Shown in pieces: positions 11,794-24,932 of a stretch of DNA of 64,000 nucleotides. The translations under genes were made by a program, and so were the position numbers. This DNA comes from Penicillus capitatus (Eukaryota > Plantae > Chlorophyta), in assembly GCA_965649825.1 (NCBI GenBank), contig OZ287695.1, forward strand, positions 806,001 to 870,000, written 5' to 3'. Position 1 is the first letter of the stretch, and every line of letters begins with the position of its first letter. The notes under the pieces are model-generated. The model saw only the letters and a list, made by a program, of their open reading frames with translations, was not told where the DNA came from and ran no database searches.

Positions 11794-14700
11794 AGAACAG
11801 AGGTCTTTAAGACACACACAGGCAGTTGCTTGTTGCAACATAACAAACACAACCCAAACCAAACCACAACACAGTGCTTTTTTCTGAATCTTGTTTCGCA
11901 CGTTGCAAGCTTTGTTCGCTGGTGCAGTAAAACCGCCTGGTGACATGGACATGATGATTTCGCATGATTGAATGACAGGTGGTAAGATCTACATGTTTAC
12001 AGACAAAAGAACCTAGCAGACCTAAGCCCTGAACATCTTATCTTAAGTAGTATTGAACCGCACGAATAGCTGAAGAACGTTTGCCATTCATTGAAGCCTT
12101 GACGATCTGTGGTTGTAACGTGTGGAGTAATAGTTTGTTTAGTAAAGATGGTCTGATCAGTTCTCCGCGAGGCGTTGGGGTGATGCCCTCTCTATTGCGC
12201 GCTATGCCGTGTGAGATACAGACAAGTGGCATATCTCGAGTGATGTCTTCCCACTCGGTGTTGTTGCTCAATCGTCATTGCAGCAGGGCGTTGTGATCTT
12301 GAGAAGGCGATCCGTGGGCTACGCAGAGTGCGTGTTGTTTTGCTCATTGACTGCCGAGCTGTTCACAGGAGTCGTGGATCATCATTTCCCAGCAATTGAA
12401 TGATCCACAACATAAGTGCTGCATAGTCTGAATACATAGACTGATTAGCAGACGCTGAGATGGCTTCAAGGCTCAAGTCGATCTCGGAGTGTTTTATGCG
12501 TATGTTGCGATGCGGTGTCTGCAACTATTGCGCTCTCTGTGACGAGGAGGACATCCAAGAGTTCTTTCCTACAGCCAAATGGGCGATTGATCGGCAGACT
12601 CGGTTGAGAGGACGGTTAGGATCGTGTTGGTAATGGTCGCTGATGCATCTGTCGCATCAAATTCGACTTTCGTGACGTGCTTTGTTTTATCGATTTTCTC
12701 CGTTTGGAATCAGAACGCCGCATGCACGACGATGACTTGAGACAACGACAGATCGGATTGGTTGTGTTCTGATCGTTCTCCTCTGTCTTTCTATAGAATA
12801 ATTTCTGTGGGAAGGGTCAAGTCATCAAAGCTTAGTGATATGGTCACAACTGTACATTGCTGGTCGAAAGGACAACAAGAAGGACGATTTCTATTCTTCA
12901 ATAGAAAGGTCGACTGTACATTTTTTGGTTTATACCTCGGCTGCGGTCATCCTCGGTTGAAATCGTAGTCGCCAATTCTTAGGCAGGAAAGGATCCATCT
13001 AAAGCTAAGTGCAAACATACCTCAAAGTATAGGAGAAACCTTTGTCTACATGAAGACGACTGGCAGAAAAGCGTTATAAAACGTACTGTTCGGTGGGAGG
13101 ACTGTGGACGATCTTTGAAAATTAGAAGGAACGTTGATAGGCCGAGGAGATGGCGACACCGTTTTACCAAAGGTGCATCTCGTTGGAACCTCCATTTTCG
13201 CTAACTCGAGATTATAAGAAGGAAGACAGGGTAGGGAAAGATAAGGAACTTCTCGCCCAACTTCGAGCTTCGTCTAGTTTTTTTCCACTGGTCATTTTCC
13301 CGCTCTTCTCAAGTTTTTTTTTGCAAAGTCGTGGTTATTCCTTGAACTCTCGGCCGTTACAACCACACATGAGTACTCTAGTCTGTAAGTGGGAGGTAAA
13401 CACAACTTCGATTCAACCGACTTGCTGTTTCAGAGAATTGTTCGGGCGGCTAATGATACATGTTGTTTTGTCAGAATGACTGTAGCAAGTCACATCGTGA
13501 CTGCCTCGGTTTCTAAGGGTTCCGTCTCTGAAGGGGCGATCATTCGGGGTTAACGTCACCTCAGAGTCCTTTTCCTATGGCTCTGAGAGGCTGGTGACTC
13601 ACCTGTCCTATCACTATTAGCATATAAATCCGCAGACTTGGCCTTGTAGATAACCTTACCTTGCTCTGTAAGAACGTGAAGCCTTCCGCTGACATGTTTA
13701 CATCCATTCAATTGAGATTTGTTTAATTCGATTCAACTAAGTAACGCATCTGTCGCGTCTAGAATCATCTAGATGAAGACAACATCTATGCAGCTTTAGG
13801 ATCACATAATTTTTTTATGAACAATAACATCTGCTTTGTCATATTTCACGCGTTGTAACCCGGTGTTATTTCTGAACATAACTCCAGGTCCCATCTTCTA
13901 AAGTTTTCATACACTACTTGATGAGGCATTGATTGTTATTGCAGATCTCTCTCTCTCTCTTTCCTTTCTACACAATATCCATGGTCCTGTAATTAAGAAG
14001 TTCCCGCGTCGACGTCACTGTGCTCAATGCTTCTTTTCTACCTGGAGGACTCGATTCTTGAACAAAGGACAGACAGATAGTGTTTTATAAGAGACATAGT
14101 GGCGGGATCGTGTAATACTTTGATAATTCGAGTCGGACTTCGACGAAACGACGACGATAGAAGACACTCGGATGCAACACACAAGAACACGAGATAATTA
14201 CATGCGGAATGTCGTGTTAAAATATCCAAGGTGGCTAGGTGTTGCTCACCCGCTAGTTCCAGTAGCTAGGGACTTCGAACCACGTTCAGTAACTATCACC
14301 CCCATGGTCATCAGGAACTTGAATTGGAGGCTAGCACCCGTCGGGCCCCATGATCAGGGCGCCAGGATGGTTGTAGGTGGACCCAACAATTCTCGATGGC
14401 TACGGCACGTGATAACACTGCTACATCTCTTGCACATAACTACCAAAGAACACAGATCTTGCGTCCTACAAGCATTACGCAAACAATGTATATGTCGGAC
14501 GTGTGGCTTTCCCTGTTTATGCATCTTCTGCGTGAGATTAACATTAGACTGCCTTGAGTTGTAGGCTGTAGATCTATTAATTGAGTGTGACGCTAACCAA
14601 CGTTGATTGTTCGGTCGTAATGTCTACTCTTTTTTCTTAAGGACCGTCGTAGTTCTCTACCAAGGGACGACAAAGAGGAAGTCACATCTCGAGTTCTTGT

Positions 14701-15991
14701 TTTGTGTGTGTTCCGACGCCTTCCTCATACGTTCCGTAGCCGAGTCTCTTTTTGGCGAAGGCTAGCATACCGGGTTCCAACTTATGATAGACCACAAGCG
14801 ACTTCGTAGATGACAGGTGTCTCAGAAAGATTCTGTACTTGTTACTCGAGACATTGATTACGCTGCTGCCATTCCTATCACTGTCAGAGTTTTGACTGCT
14901 ATCGCGCCTCAGAGTGGCCTAAGAGAAAAGGAATACTACATCAATTGTGGCCAAAAGCATACGTCACATGGACATGATGAAATAGCGACGACCCTTCGCT
15001 AAGTAGACCATGCATTTGATCACCTACCGGAAGAAGTTGCATCAACGACCAGCGGTCGAAAAATCCCTTCGCTGCGACGCAACCATTGGACGACACTCGC
15101 TCTTTTTCTGTTTCTGTCGAGATTCATTTTACACCGTCAACTAGCTTAGCTATGGATGCACGTGGAGGTAGTGCTTTCAGACTGCTTGAATGAGTCGTGC
15201 CGTCGAACGGTGAGCATCCCATCACAGTTTCATGACCACTTTCACTCTCAACATTGAACGCGACCACACATTGCTACCGGCGGCCTTCAGGTTTACTTTG
15301 ACAACCTTTGATGAAGAATTTATGTCGTCTGGATGCACACCGATTGCTGCAAAAGCGGATAGTAGACGGGACACGTGTTCATGTGTCCTGATTAAGACAT
15401 GTACTGGTCGTCAGTAGTTATCATGTATGCTGTGATTATGTAGTCTCTAGGAGTCTTACGATTCTAGAGCGATCAAAGCGAAGTATTGCGTTTTGCATTA
15501 CAGCGTAAACTCAGAGAGTTTTTCAGTTTGACAATGCTGCTTCACTTTTCAATCTTGAACAAGTATTGCATAGTTGGCGGCCACCACTGATCAATTCCTG
15601 CCAATCGATACCAATCAGAATTCTCCCACGACGCAAATTGTGCGTTCGTACCAAATGACTCTGCCCCATCGAGCCAGAGATTGATACGCGCTAGAAATGT
15701 GTAAAATGAAAAAGAACCCCAGAAAGAAAACTGGCTAAAAGTGCTGTTAGCAGATGTCCCGTTTCGAACTGGGGCGTTTGGATTTCGACTTGATGCCGAA
15801 GATTGGATTGAGAAGTTTGCCAAACGTATAAAAATCATGGAACGTGCCCGATCATGAATCGTTGTCTTTCCAAAACGATTTACCTGTCCTCTTGCGTTTC
15901 CCACAGTGTAAAGACCAAAAATAAAACCTCACTGCAAATAGGCGTTGTGCACCAAAACGCAGGTGTGATGCGAACAGACAAAAAATGTTTC

Positions 15992-17239
15992 CTACACCGT
16001 TGCGATAACCGCCGCTGGACGCTCTTGCCTTTCTTTGAGTATGCGAACGATCTTGCTGTAAATTTTTTCTGGGGCATTAATCCCCCAAATCATATCCGCG
16101 TGTGTGTATTCCAGCTCCAGAAAATTATCGACAAGGATACCAGGAGCAAGGGCCTCTGTCAAATGCAGTACATCTGACATATCAGACAGCGCGTCATGCC
16201 CTCCGGAAAACAACACCAATGGCACTTCAATCTTGCTCAGATCGTATTTTGGCGGTCTACGCGTTTTATACATGTTCTGATTGCACGGATGGCTTCTGAG
16301 GTGCATCCAGCTCCAACACTTCGTACCGTAATCAAACATCTGGAAGCTTTTGTCATTAAAATTGCGCACACCCTGCGCCCAGTGCGCCATCAACTTCACG
16401 CTGGCTCCAGCCGGAACGTAGGTTAAGTAGGTGTCCCATTTTGCAGGATTGATGTTCTCTGGATTGTACCTGCCGAATAACACAGATGAGATATCTGCGC
16501 ACATCGAAGAAGTGCCTCTGCAAAACGGTCCCAAGATCTTGTGCACGTTATCCTGAGTGGGCAGGAATTGATGGTAGCCGAGGGCGGCCACCAAGTCGTC
16601 TGTACCGAACAAAGCCAGTGCCCTCATGAAGTGACTCGTGATGTGCTTCACATAAGCGACCGGCGACATCATAAAGGCAATGGAGACACGTCGAGCGATT
16701 GGGTGTCTCGTGGAAAAGAGAGCATGACCGATGGCCGTCCCTTGGGAGTGGCCAACATACGCCAAGGTTGGAACTCCCGTCACATCAAGGACATGCTGCA
16801 GCAACGCCGGGAGGTCGTACTTGACCAGCTCATCCATGGAGTAGTTCCAAAACTCGTCGTGGTCCATGTTCGTCTGGAGAGACATATCGCTGAACGTGTT
16901 TCCCCTCGAGTTTCCCAACCAGACGTCGAATCCGGCGTCCGCGAGAATGAAGGCCAGACTGCCGGATGCCCCATTCATGAGGAAGGCGGCGCTGGTGTCG
17001 AGGAGACCGTGTTGGAGATAGACGACAGATCGTTTCGTGTTCGGAAAGGCGTCGGCATTGTAGAGACCGTGCGGTATGCGATAGAGACCGAGGTTGTAGC
17101 CATCGGCCGTGCGAACGACGTATCTCTCGAACGGATAGCCCTCGGGCAAGACAAGATCTTCGAGAAGTGGACGACTGTCTGCCTTGGAGACCAGGGCGAC
17201 AAATGAGAAGCCCAAAAGAATAAAGGCAGAAAGTGCCAT
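15992..17239 (-). CDS. Secreted/lysosomal-type triacylglycerol lipase (gastric/acid lipase family, alpha/beta hydrolase), intronless
   Basis: Signal peptide MALSAFILLGFSFVALVSKA; family motifs VYLQHGLL, GFDVWLGNSRGN and YDLPA; nucleophile GHSQG; catalytic Asp (GHDALSD) and His (YTHADMIWG). Confidence 0.95.
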   Translation of the reverse strand: MALSAFILLGFSFVALVSKADSRPLLEDLVLPEGYPFERYVVRTADGYNLGLYRIPHGLYNADAFPNTKRSVVYLQHGLLDTSAAFLMNGASGSLAFILADAGFDVWLGNSRGNTFSDMSLQTNMDHDEFWNYSMDELVKYDLPALLQHVLDVTGVPTLAYVGHSQGTAIGHALFSTRHPIARRVSIAFMMSPVAYVKHITSHFMRALALFGTDDLVAALGYHQFLPTQDNVHKILGPFCRGTSSMCADISSVLFGRYNPENINPAKWDTYLTYVPAGASVKLMAHWAQGVRNFNDKSFQMFDYGTKCWSWMHLRSHPCNQNMYKTRRPPKYDLSKIEVPLVLFSGGHDALSDMSDVLHLTEALAPGILVDNFLELEYTHADMIWGINAPEKIYSKIVRILKERQERPAAVIATV

Positions 17240-18810
17240 GGACACTGGGGCCAGACGGAAGAGATGCCGCAGCCACAAAAAGAAAATGTATCACGTCAAC
17301 ATCAGGAGATCGATATGAAGCGGACACGCGTCTCGCGTAGGGAATGCATGGAATGACGTCTTTGCAGATGTACTTGTTGGATGAACCTTGACGATCACTA
17401 AAGTGCCGGTGGAAGTATCCGTGGACGAAAAGACGAGCCCAATGTAGATATGGCTAGAACAGGCAGTCAGTCGGAGGTGTTCTATTGTCTTGATAACCAA
17501 CCACTGCACTTTGAGAACTAAAGGGTTCTGAGAGTGAAGGCCGTTCCACAATGCCTCAATCAACGGCTTCTGCCCAGTCTCGACGCTTCTCTGCCCACTT
17601 CTCTCTCCCTCGTTCGACAGCATCGGCTATCAATGAAGACGCTGACGACTTGGGTTGCTGTGAACGCTGCGGACCGTTGTGTTGATTTCAGACACTTCGA
17701 CTGGCACTGTTTGGATCTGGAGTCTTGTCCATTATCGCAAGCTTCTCCGCTTCCTTGCCATTCGGTAGGCAGTAGCCGCAAACGGACCTTTTTTGCACGT
17801 AAGAGGAGTCGAACAGGGCGGCCGCTTTACGAATCGCTGCCTTTGGCAGTCTTCGCCCTGTGCAGAAAGAGAGACATCATGCCAAAGCTCGTCCATCTTT
17901 ATTCTCCCTTTCTGGGAAGGCAAACGCTTGTCGATCGCTTGAGTTGGTAGCGACTAGGGTTTGATCAAAAAACAGGCGAGATTACTGCCCATGCTGTTCC
18001 TTCCCTTTCAAAATTACAGTGTTAAGCATAGAATATCGAGACTCGGAAAAATCGAAATATTACTTTTCAGCAGATCCGCCATGTCTGGCTCCCCGTTTAA
18101 GTCCGACAGTTTAATAACTCTGACATATCTGTTTGGGATCGCCGGTCAAATCGACATTGATCTTTTTGTTTTCAAAAGATGAGTTTTTAACATAGGTGAA
18201 TGGGATTGTCGTACTGCCTTCTCCCTCACTTGCAAACTATGACTTGCCTGTATGAATGACTGCGATGACAGCGATCTCTTGTTTTGTACTCGGGCCCGTT
18301 CTGATTATTACTTCATGATGGAGCACTGCACAGATGATTCTCGCCATCTGCACGGTCTATGAGTTTGTTTGTTCACAGTAATCCGTGGGTGAAATCTCAG
18401 TCAACGCTTAGTGACCCTTGTGACATCAAAGTCGTCGACGGTCGCACTATGGATGCAAAAATGGTGCTTGTCTTAAAGGTGCTATGACTCCAGGCCGTCG
18501 CTCAAAAAGAATGACTGTTCTTTAACGGTGCCAAATTCTCTGCACTCGGTTGAAAAAATAAAGGCACCCATTTATTTAGCTCTTCTCGAAGCTTTTCCGA
18601 TGGATTGAATACCGAGTGGCAAGGAGCAATCAAACGTTTGCGCCTATCTGTTCGTTTTACCAGAAAACGAAGCCGCTCGACAAACGCACAGATGATTGAT
18701 TCTCGTAGACCACTCTGTTCAAAACTTGCTGTGTTATGCGTTTGTTGATGACAATGATTCTAGGTCGAAGCAGCAATCGCTGTCACGACAAGACAGTCTC
18801 TCTACTCAAC

Positions 18811-21288
18811 ATGAAACACTCTTTGCTTTTGCATCGCCATCGCCTCTATCTTCTTTCTTTTCTATATCTGCTGCCGTTTCAAGGAGCCGTCAGCAAAACA
18901 ACGCACAGTAAACACTGAGTCAGACGGCATTTGTGGAGTGGGTCGGTTTGCTTAGAGAAAACGAAAACGGCTTCTTACGTTACAACGAAACCTGTTTTCA
19001 TAAACGTCAGTTCGTCCAATTAGCGGGAGAGCGGCTGTGCCGAGTGTCGTCGTCTTGCAGGCAAACGAAGCTCCCAGAGGAAGGTTCCCTTATGTTTGCA
19101 GTCTATCCGTCAGAACAGACGAACTGCACAAATGTGGAGGCGTGCTCATTAAAGAGCAATGGGTTGTTACTGCCGCGCACTGTGTCGATCCAAACCTCCC
19201 CGATTCTCTTGGCCGGAATCCGATCGTCCGATGCGATGTCCACAACCTCGATTCCGACGAAGGCAAAGTGAGTCATGAGTTTGACCTCTCTTTTGCGATC
19301 AGCAGCGGTTCCAGTTTATGAGTGTGGCGGCATCCTTTCTACACGAATCGTGGACGGGAGACCACAAAGACGGTTTTGATATCGCCATGCTCAGGCTGAA
19401 TGAAAAAGCCGACCTGCCGTTGCCGTCCGTGGACGAACAAGGCGGCGATTTTAAATCTGGTCGTCTTTTCACTGGAGTGGGCTGGGGGAAGGACACTGAT
19501 GGAAATCTGCAGAAATCTCTCCAGGTTTCTGATGATATGCTGTACAGGGACCTGGACGACTGTAGACAATACTACATAAATAAAATTTCGTCCCACACCA
19601 TCTGCGCAGGATCCTTGGGCCGGAATGCATGCGATGGTCTGCGTCCTCAGCAATGTGCTCCATTCAAGGCTCTTGATTTTTAAAGGCGATTCTGGTGGCC
19701 CCTTGCTCATTCCAAGCATGCCCAGCGGCAACATTTCGGCTGGAAAACCAGAGAAGGATCTGCTGATTGGCATTGTATCGGCTTCTCCCGAGAACTGCAA
19801 TGACGATGCACCGTCACTTTTCATGAGTATGGGTTATTTTTGGACATGGGTTCAACAGATTACCGAGGGTCGTTCGGTAAGACGTCATTTGCTGTTTCTC
19901 TTCTATGCGGCTTTCTCCGAGTGTAGAACACCGCAGTCCCGTCTTCTATAGACACATCTGTGAATCTTCCTGGCGCAGAGGAATCCGCCGGAAATAAAGA
20001 GGAGAAAGAGCAACAAATTATCGAAAAGAGACGCAAACGATTCGCGCACTTCTCACAGAAGGCTTTATTTTTTGTAACGCAGATAAAGGTGCCGAAACTG
20101 AAGCAATCGTCTCGATCTGTGTAGGAGGCGATCAAAGCTATTACTAAGAACGACACCCTGACATTGAAAGCCGCTCTGATGGAAGGACTGAATCCAAACT
20201 CTACGTTTAATGACGAACCGTCGTCCGGATACCAACTGAACAAAGACTCTACACTGCTACACTGGTCAGCTGCCTTCCATGCACTACAGTCCACAAAGGT
20301 AGGCATTCCTTGATGTCGCAGTTGGATGACTATCTACATACGATTTGGTCCTCATTGTTTCTGCCTCCGATAACTGAGATGTGAAGGTCCTTCTGAAGCA
20401 TAAAGCAGAGGTTGACGCTGTCGACAAGAAGGGTCTAACACCGCTGCACGTGGCAGCGATTAATGGATCTACACATGTGGCAAGGGTGAGAACAACAGAG
20501 CTGAGAAATTGCTCCAGCGTACTGAATCTCAGAACAGGCAACTCAGTTGACTTTAGGTTTTATTAAAATCCAAGGCTGAAGTCGATGCGGCCGATATCTT
20601 CAGAGAGACACCGCTACACAAAACAGCTATGCATGGAAACGTCGCCGTGGCGAAGGTGAAGAAATGATAATTCTGAAAGATGGGCAGATGTATACACATG
20701 AACAGATTCTTATTCTCGAAGGAGCCAACCTCAATGCGTTGGATGCTAACGAATGGAGACCTTTGCACGAAGCTGCTTACCATGGACACGTCGATGTTGC
20801 AGAGGTTCATTCCAAGTATTCTAAACCCGGTCAAAGGAAAAGCCGTTCGGCAGGTTCTCCTCGATAGTGGAATGGATGTCGATGCCGTAGCAGACAAAGG
20901 AAGGGTTGCACTCCATCTGGCGGCGCAAAAAGGGCATGCCAGAATCTTAAAGGTCTTAGGAGGATCATCCTTGCTGTCTGCTTTTCGCGTGATTGCGCCG
21001 TTTCAGTTCCTGATTGATCGCGGAGCTGAAATTGACGTCTCTGACGAACAAAGGAACACGCCACTTCACATCGCGGCAATGTTTGGACGGTCAAAAGCGG
21101 CAAAGGTATGCGTCAGATTAGAATTCTCGTGCAGCGACGGATGCACAATGAAGGTTCTCGTGGACGCTGGATCCTCCATTGCTTTCCGCAATGTAGACCG
21201 CAAAAAACCTGCAGAACTCATCTGCATCCACGACGACGGTTGCACGAGAGAAGTTCGAAATGCGCTCTTAGATCTTTTGCTTCCGTAA
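18811..21288 (+). CDS. Secreted S1A serine protease-ankyrin repeat fusion, gene C (13 exons)
   Basis: Signal-like N-terminus MKHSLLLHRHRLYLLSFLYLLPFQGAVS; motifs VTAAHC, FDIAMLRL and NACDG|DSGGP (Asn189). Five 99-nt ankyrin exons (20387-20485, 20557-20655, 20706-20804, 20854-20952, 21007-21105). The C-cap ends LLLP-TAA. Confidence 0.9.
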
Positions 21289-22289
21289 GCGATAACCCAA
21301 TGATCGTTTCTTTCGTTATCGACGACCTCTGGTCAAGAATTGTTTCTTATTCAACGCAAATGTTTGCTATCAGTATTGGTATAGCTAGATACGGATCATG
21401 AGTCGCGCGTGAGTCTCTACAAAAATGCACAAACGATTGCACTTCTGTATTTGCACGTCATTAGGGAGGGCGCACGTAGAAGGGAAGTTTCTGCTCGAAA
21501 AAATGTATAAGGAGATGGTGTAATGCTGTTAGTTTGCCTTCCATGCAATGGCAAATGAGTTGACGACAAGGTCCAGTAGTGGTACTGGAGACAACGTTGC
21601 CTGCTTGAGACATCGATTACCAATACAGACCTAGCTTTGGTGCGATGATTACCCGATTCCCCAGACTGCGCCTTAGGTCCCACCTCCGTCACGTCAGCCG
21701 ACGATTACGTTCTGGTTGTTACACTAGACGACCGAATCCGAATGCTGTCGAGCGGACAATGTAGGAAAGATGCGTAACACTGTGACGTTTCCTGCACGAG
21801 CCAATCCGATGCTGTGGCATCCACGATGCAACACCATTCTAATGAATCCGGATGAGACCTCTTTGTCCGATGCAACTATTCTGACATAGAGTTGAGCGAT
21901 CTTTGTAATCGACCCAGAAGAGTGTACGACATACATCTCAAGTCCTTATGACATGGAGTGTATCCATAGCCATCCTTCACGCAAAGATGATGAGACTCTT
22001 CCATTGATAGCATCCAAAAGGCACAATGTGCCTTTGCGATAAAAGCCACTGGGCCTTACAAGATTCACACGATGTACACTTCAACTATCCGTCGTTATGT
22101 CGTCGCACGGACAAGAGCGCAAGCGACGCAGAAAAACTCGGTCGAAGTCGCATGTCAGTTAAAAGAATCCCATGAGGCGCGTATTCTATTAGAACTGTAC
22201 GCACGTATTGTCAGTCGACATAGGTTTTCGGCTCTTGTCTGACGTATTAAGATTCGACGATGTGCGGTCAACGCGGACGCACCGTCGTC

Positions 22290-22320
22290 GATGGTTATAC
22301 CTTTGATCTTAATAACCATC
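22290..22320. promoter_or_regulatory. 9-bp inverted repeat GATGGTTAT-N13-ATAACCATC upstream of gene B
   Basis: Arms identical to 7318-7348; the spacer differs at one base. Confidence 0.4.
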
Positions 22321-22397
22321 TATCTACCCAGAAAGAATAGTCATTGAGCTCTTCGATTTCCAGGCGGCAATTGACATTGGCGTAATCGGAGACGGAG

Positions 22398-24932
22398 ATG
22401 GGTGGGACAGAAGTGCGTCGAATAATGCTGCGAATACTCGTGCTGGCACTCGTGCTTCATTCGCACTCGTCTCTTGCTAAAAGTAAGCGCTGACAAATCC
22501 GGTTGTCCACGCATCTTAACGGTTAGACGCGAGGCAAACGGACACGCGTGTGTTTAGAGACGAAGAGCAAGAAGAAAGAGTTTATAAAAACAGAAGCCAA
22601 AATCAGTGTAAGACACGCCTATACGTAGTCGACTGTCATTTCATGAATCGCAGGAAGGTGACGAGACGAAGGAAGACCGCTTTCCGTATGCGTGCAGATT
22701 GCGGGACCCTGAAAAGGAAGCGGATTTTTGCAGTGGCATTTTGATTCATCCGCTTTGGGTCGTCTCCGCGGCGCACTGTTTTGAGGAATCGAGACAACCA
22801 CATCTCAAGGATGATGCAACAGTTCATTGCGGGATTCACAGTATCAAAGACATCAAATCTGAAAATGTGTGACAACGGTTCTTTGCTGCTACTAGTGTCG
22901 AGACAGTGTCTGTGCCTAGACGTTCAGCATCGTGGATATAAGGATCTATGAAGGTTGGGACGGTGACTATTGGAACGGTGGCGATATCGTCATGATCAAG
23001 CTCGACAGAGAAGCAGAGTTGAGTTTTCCAAAATGGAATGACGATCCTGATAGTCTTGAACAAGGACTCGAACTCATCGCCCTCGGTTGGGGGAAAAGGG
23101 GCAAATCGGCAGCTCCGCATACACTGCACATGACAAAGACATTAGATTACGTATCATTCAAACAATGCTCGAAGATATGGGACCAATCGTCCAAAGGAGA
23201 TCCAAGACAGTTGCCTCTCGGTGTGCTTTGCGCTGGAGATGGTACCTCAGATACCTGCAAAGGTCTGATCCATGCCGCTACCAACTTATGATTTGTCGAT
23301 CTGACGACATAGGCGATTCTATGATTGGTCGATCTGACGACATAGGCGATTCTGGCGGTCCACTGATCTTGGCAAACAAACAAGGAGGCGAGATCAAGGA
23401 TGGAGAAGCTTCTTTAGACGTCATCTATGGACTGACATCGTTTGGGCAAGAAAAATGCGGAAAGAAAAGAGTGCCGAGCATGTACACCGACTTCGTTCAG
23501 TATGCGGAGTAGAAAGCCAGATGAAATCGAAGTCCATGTCAGAATGACGTTCCCTTTCAGGTGGATACGGAACGTCACGGAAGGGCTCCCTACAAGGGAA
23601 ATCGATTTCTCTCCTGGCGAGACGGGCGGGAAGGAAAAACCGCCCTTGACTAACTCACCGTCTTCAGAAACTAAAGAAAGTACTCTGAATCATCGAAGTA
23701 CTCTTTTTAGCCTTATTTCCGCGTTGACGCAGCAAAGGGCGTTCAAAAACCATGTCTGATCAAATTGCCGCAGAACCAAACAGATCTCCCAAAGGTGTGC
23801 TCGTTCGCACGCAGCAGAAGAATGCAGAAGCGGACTGGTCAACGTAGGCAATGGTGGATGTCCTGAGAAAAGACGACGTTGCCTGTGCTCAGGCTATCCT
23901 GGACGCAGGACTGGATTCGAATACGAAGTACAACTCTGCCAGCTTCAAAGATGCTGAACTGGACGATCCCTTGCTGCACTGGGCTGCGCGGTTCAACGCC
24001 GCCGAATGCGCCGAGGTGTGACATTGTCATTTCACTGACACGCTTCATGTCACACAACTGAGTTTTCTGTTTTCTAGCTGCTGTTGGAGAATGGAAGCGA
24101 AATCGAAGCGGTCAACCAGTGGTTTGAAACGGCGATGTTCTACTGTGCGAAATACGGAGGACCCGAAGTGACACAGGTAAGACATTCGAACTGAAGTCGC
24201 CTCGCCTCCCCTCCAGCATTCAATTCGATACGAGCGTACTTAACGACATTTCTGGACTTCTCGTTTCCCTGAAGAGCCTTCGGGAACCGTCTTCCTCACC
24301 TTCATCTCCATTGTGTTCAGGTGCTGGTCGACAACGACGCCTTCGTGTCCGCGCGAGACGCGTGGGGAGAAAGCCCATTGATCGAAGCTTCTTGGAATGG
24401 AGAGTTGGAGATTGTCAAGGTAAGACTCGAACGTCCTGTTCTGCAGAAGACAGAGCAGTCATCAGCAGAAAGGCAACACTTTTCTGTTTTCAAAGATCCT
24501 GCTCGATAACGGGGCCGAAGTGAGTCCGACAGACACATGGTTGGATACGCCTCTGCACGGAGCGGCATGGCAAGGACATGCAGAAATCGCAAAAGTACGT
24601 TTCTGGCAGCGATAGTAATGTTCATCGATATCTGATGCACATCTTTTGTTGTCTCAGGAACTTCTCGACTACGAGGCCGACATCGACGCTGTCGACGCCA
24701 CAGGAGAAACGCCTTTGTTCAACGCGTGCGTCAATGGGCATTTGGACGTCGTGGAGGTATGACGCTGGTTCTTCGGCTTTGCAATTGAAACGTTCTTCAG
24801 GTGCTGGTCGCAGCGGGAGCCGACAAAACGATAGCCAACAACAAAGGCGAGCTGCCATTCGACGTGGTATGCACGTTGTCGAACTGTTTGTCAAAGACAG
24901 AATCCGACATTAAGCGACTAGTGGCTCCATGA
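22398..24932 (+). CDS. Secreted trypsin-like protease-ankyrin repeat fusion, gene B (recent duplicate of gene A)
   Basis: Same 13-exon structure as A with an intact frame to TGA at 24930-24932. Activation site EAK|ISEG; triad present; four 99-nt ankyrin exons. Confidence 0.9.
23288..23353 (+). repeat. 33-nt tandem duplication spanning the 3' splice site and the GDS codons of gene B
   Basis: ATGATTTGTCGATCTGACGACATAGGCGATTCT followed by ATGATTGGTCGATCTGACGACATAGGCGATTCT; gene A has a single copy. Confidence 0.95.

Noticed and set aside
15542-15904. Protein-like minus-strand ORF just downstream of the lipase
   Set aside because: No credible start or donor site; may be lipase 3'UTR.
17291-17950. 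Short ORFs upstream of the lipase (e.g. IADAVERGREKWAEKRRDWAEAVD)
   Set aside because: Could not be joined into a coherent gene.
21286-21288. Possible TAA/TAG-to-Gln genetic code as in some ulvophytes
   Set aside because: Gene C ends in TAA at the position where its paralogs end in TGA, and long conserved ORFs contain no internal TAA/TAG, so the standard code fits.
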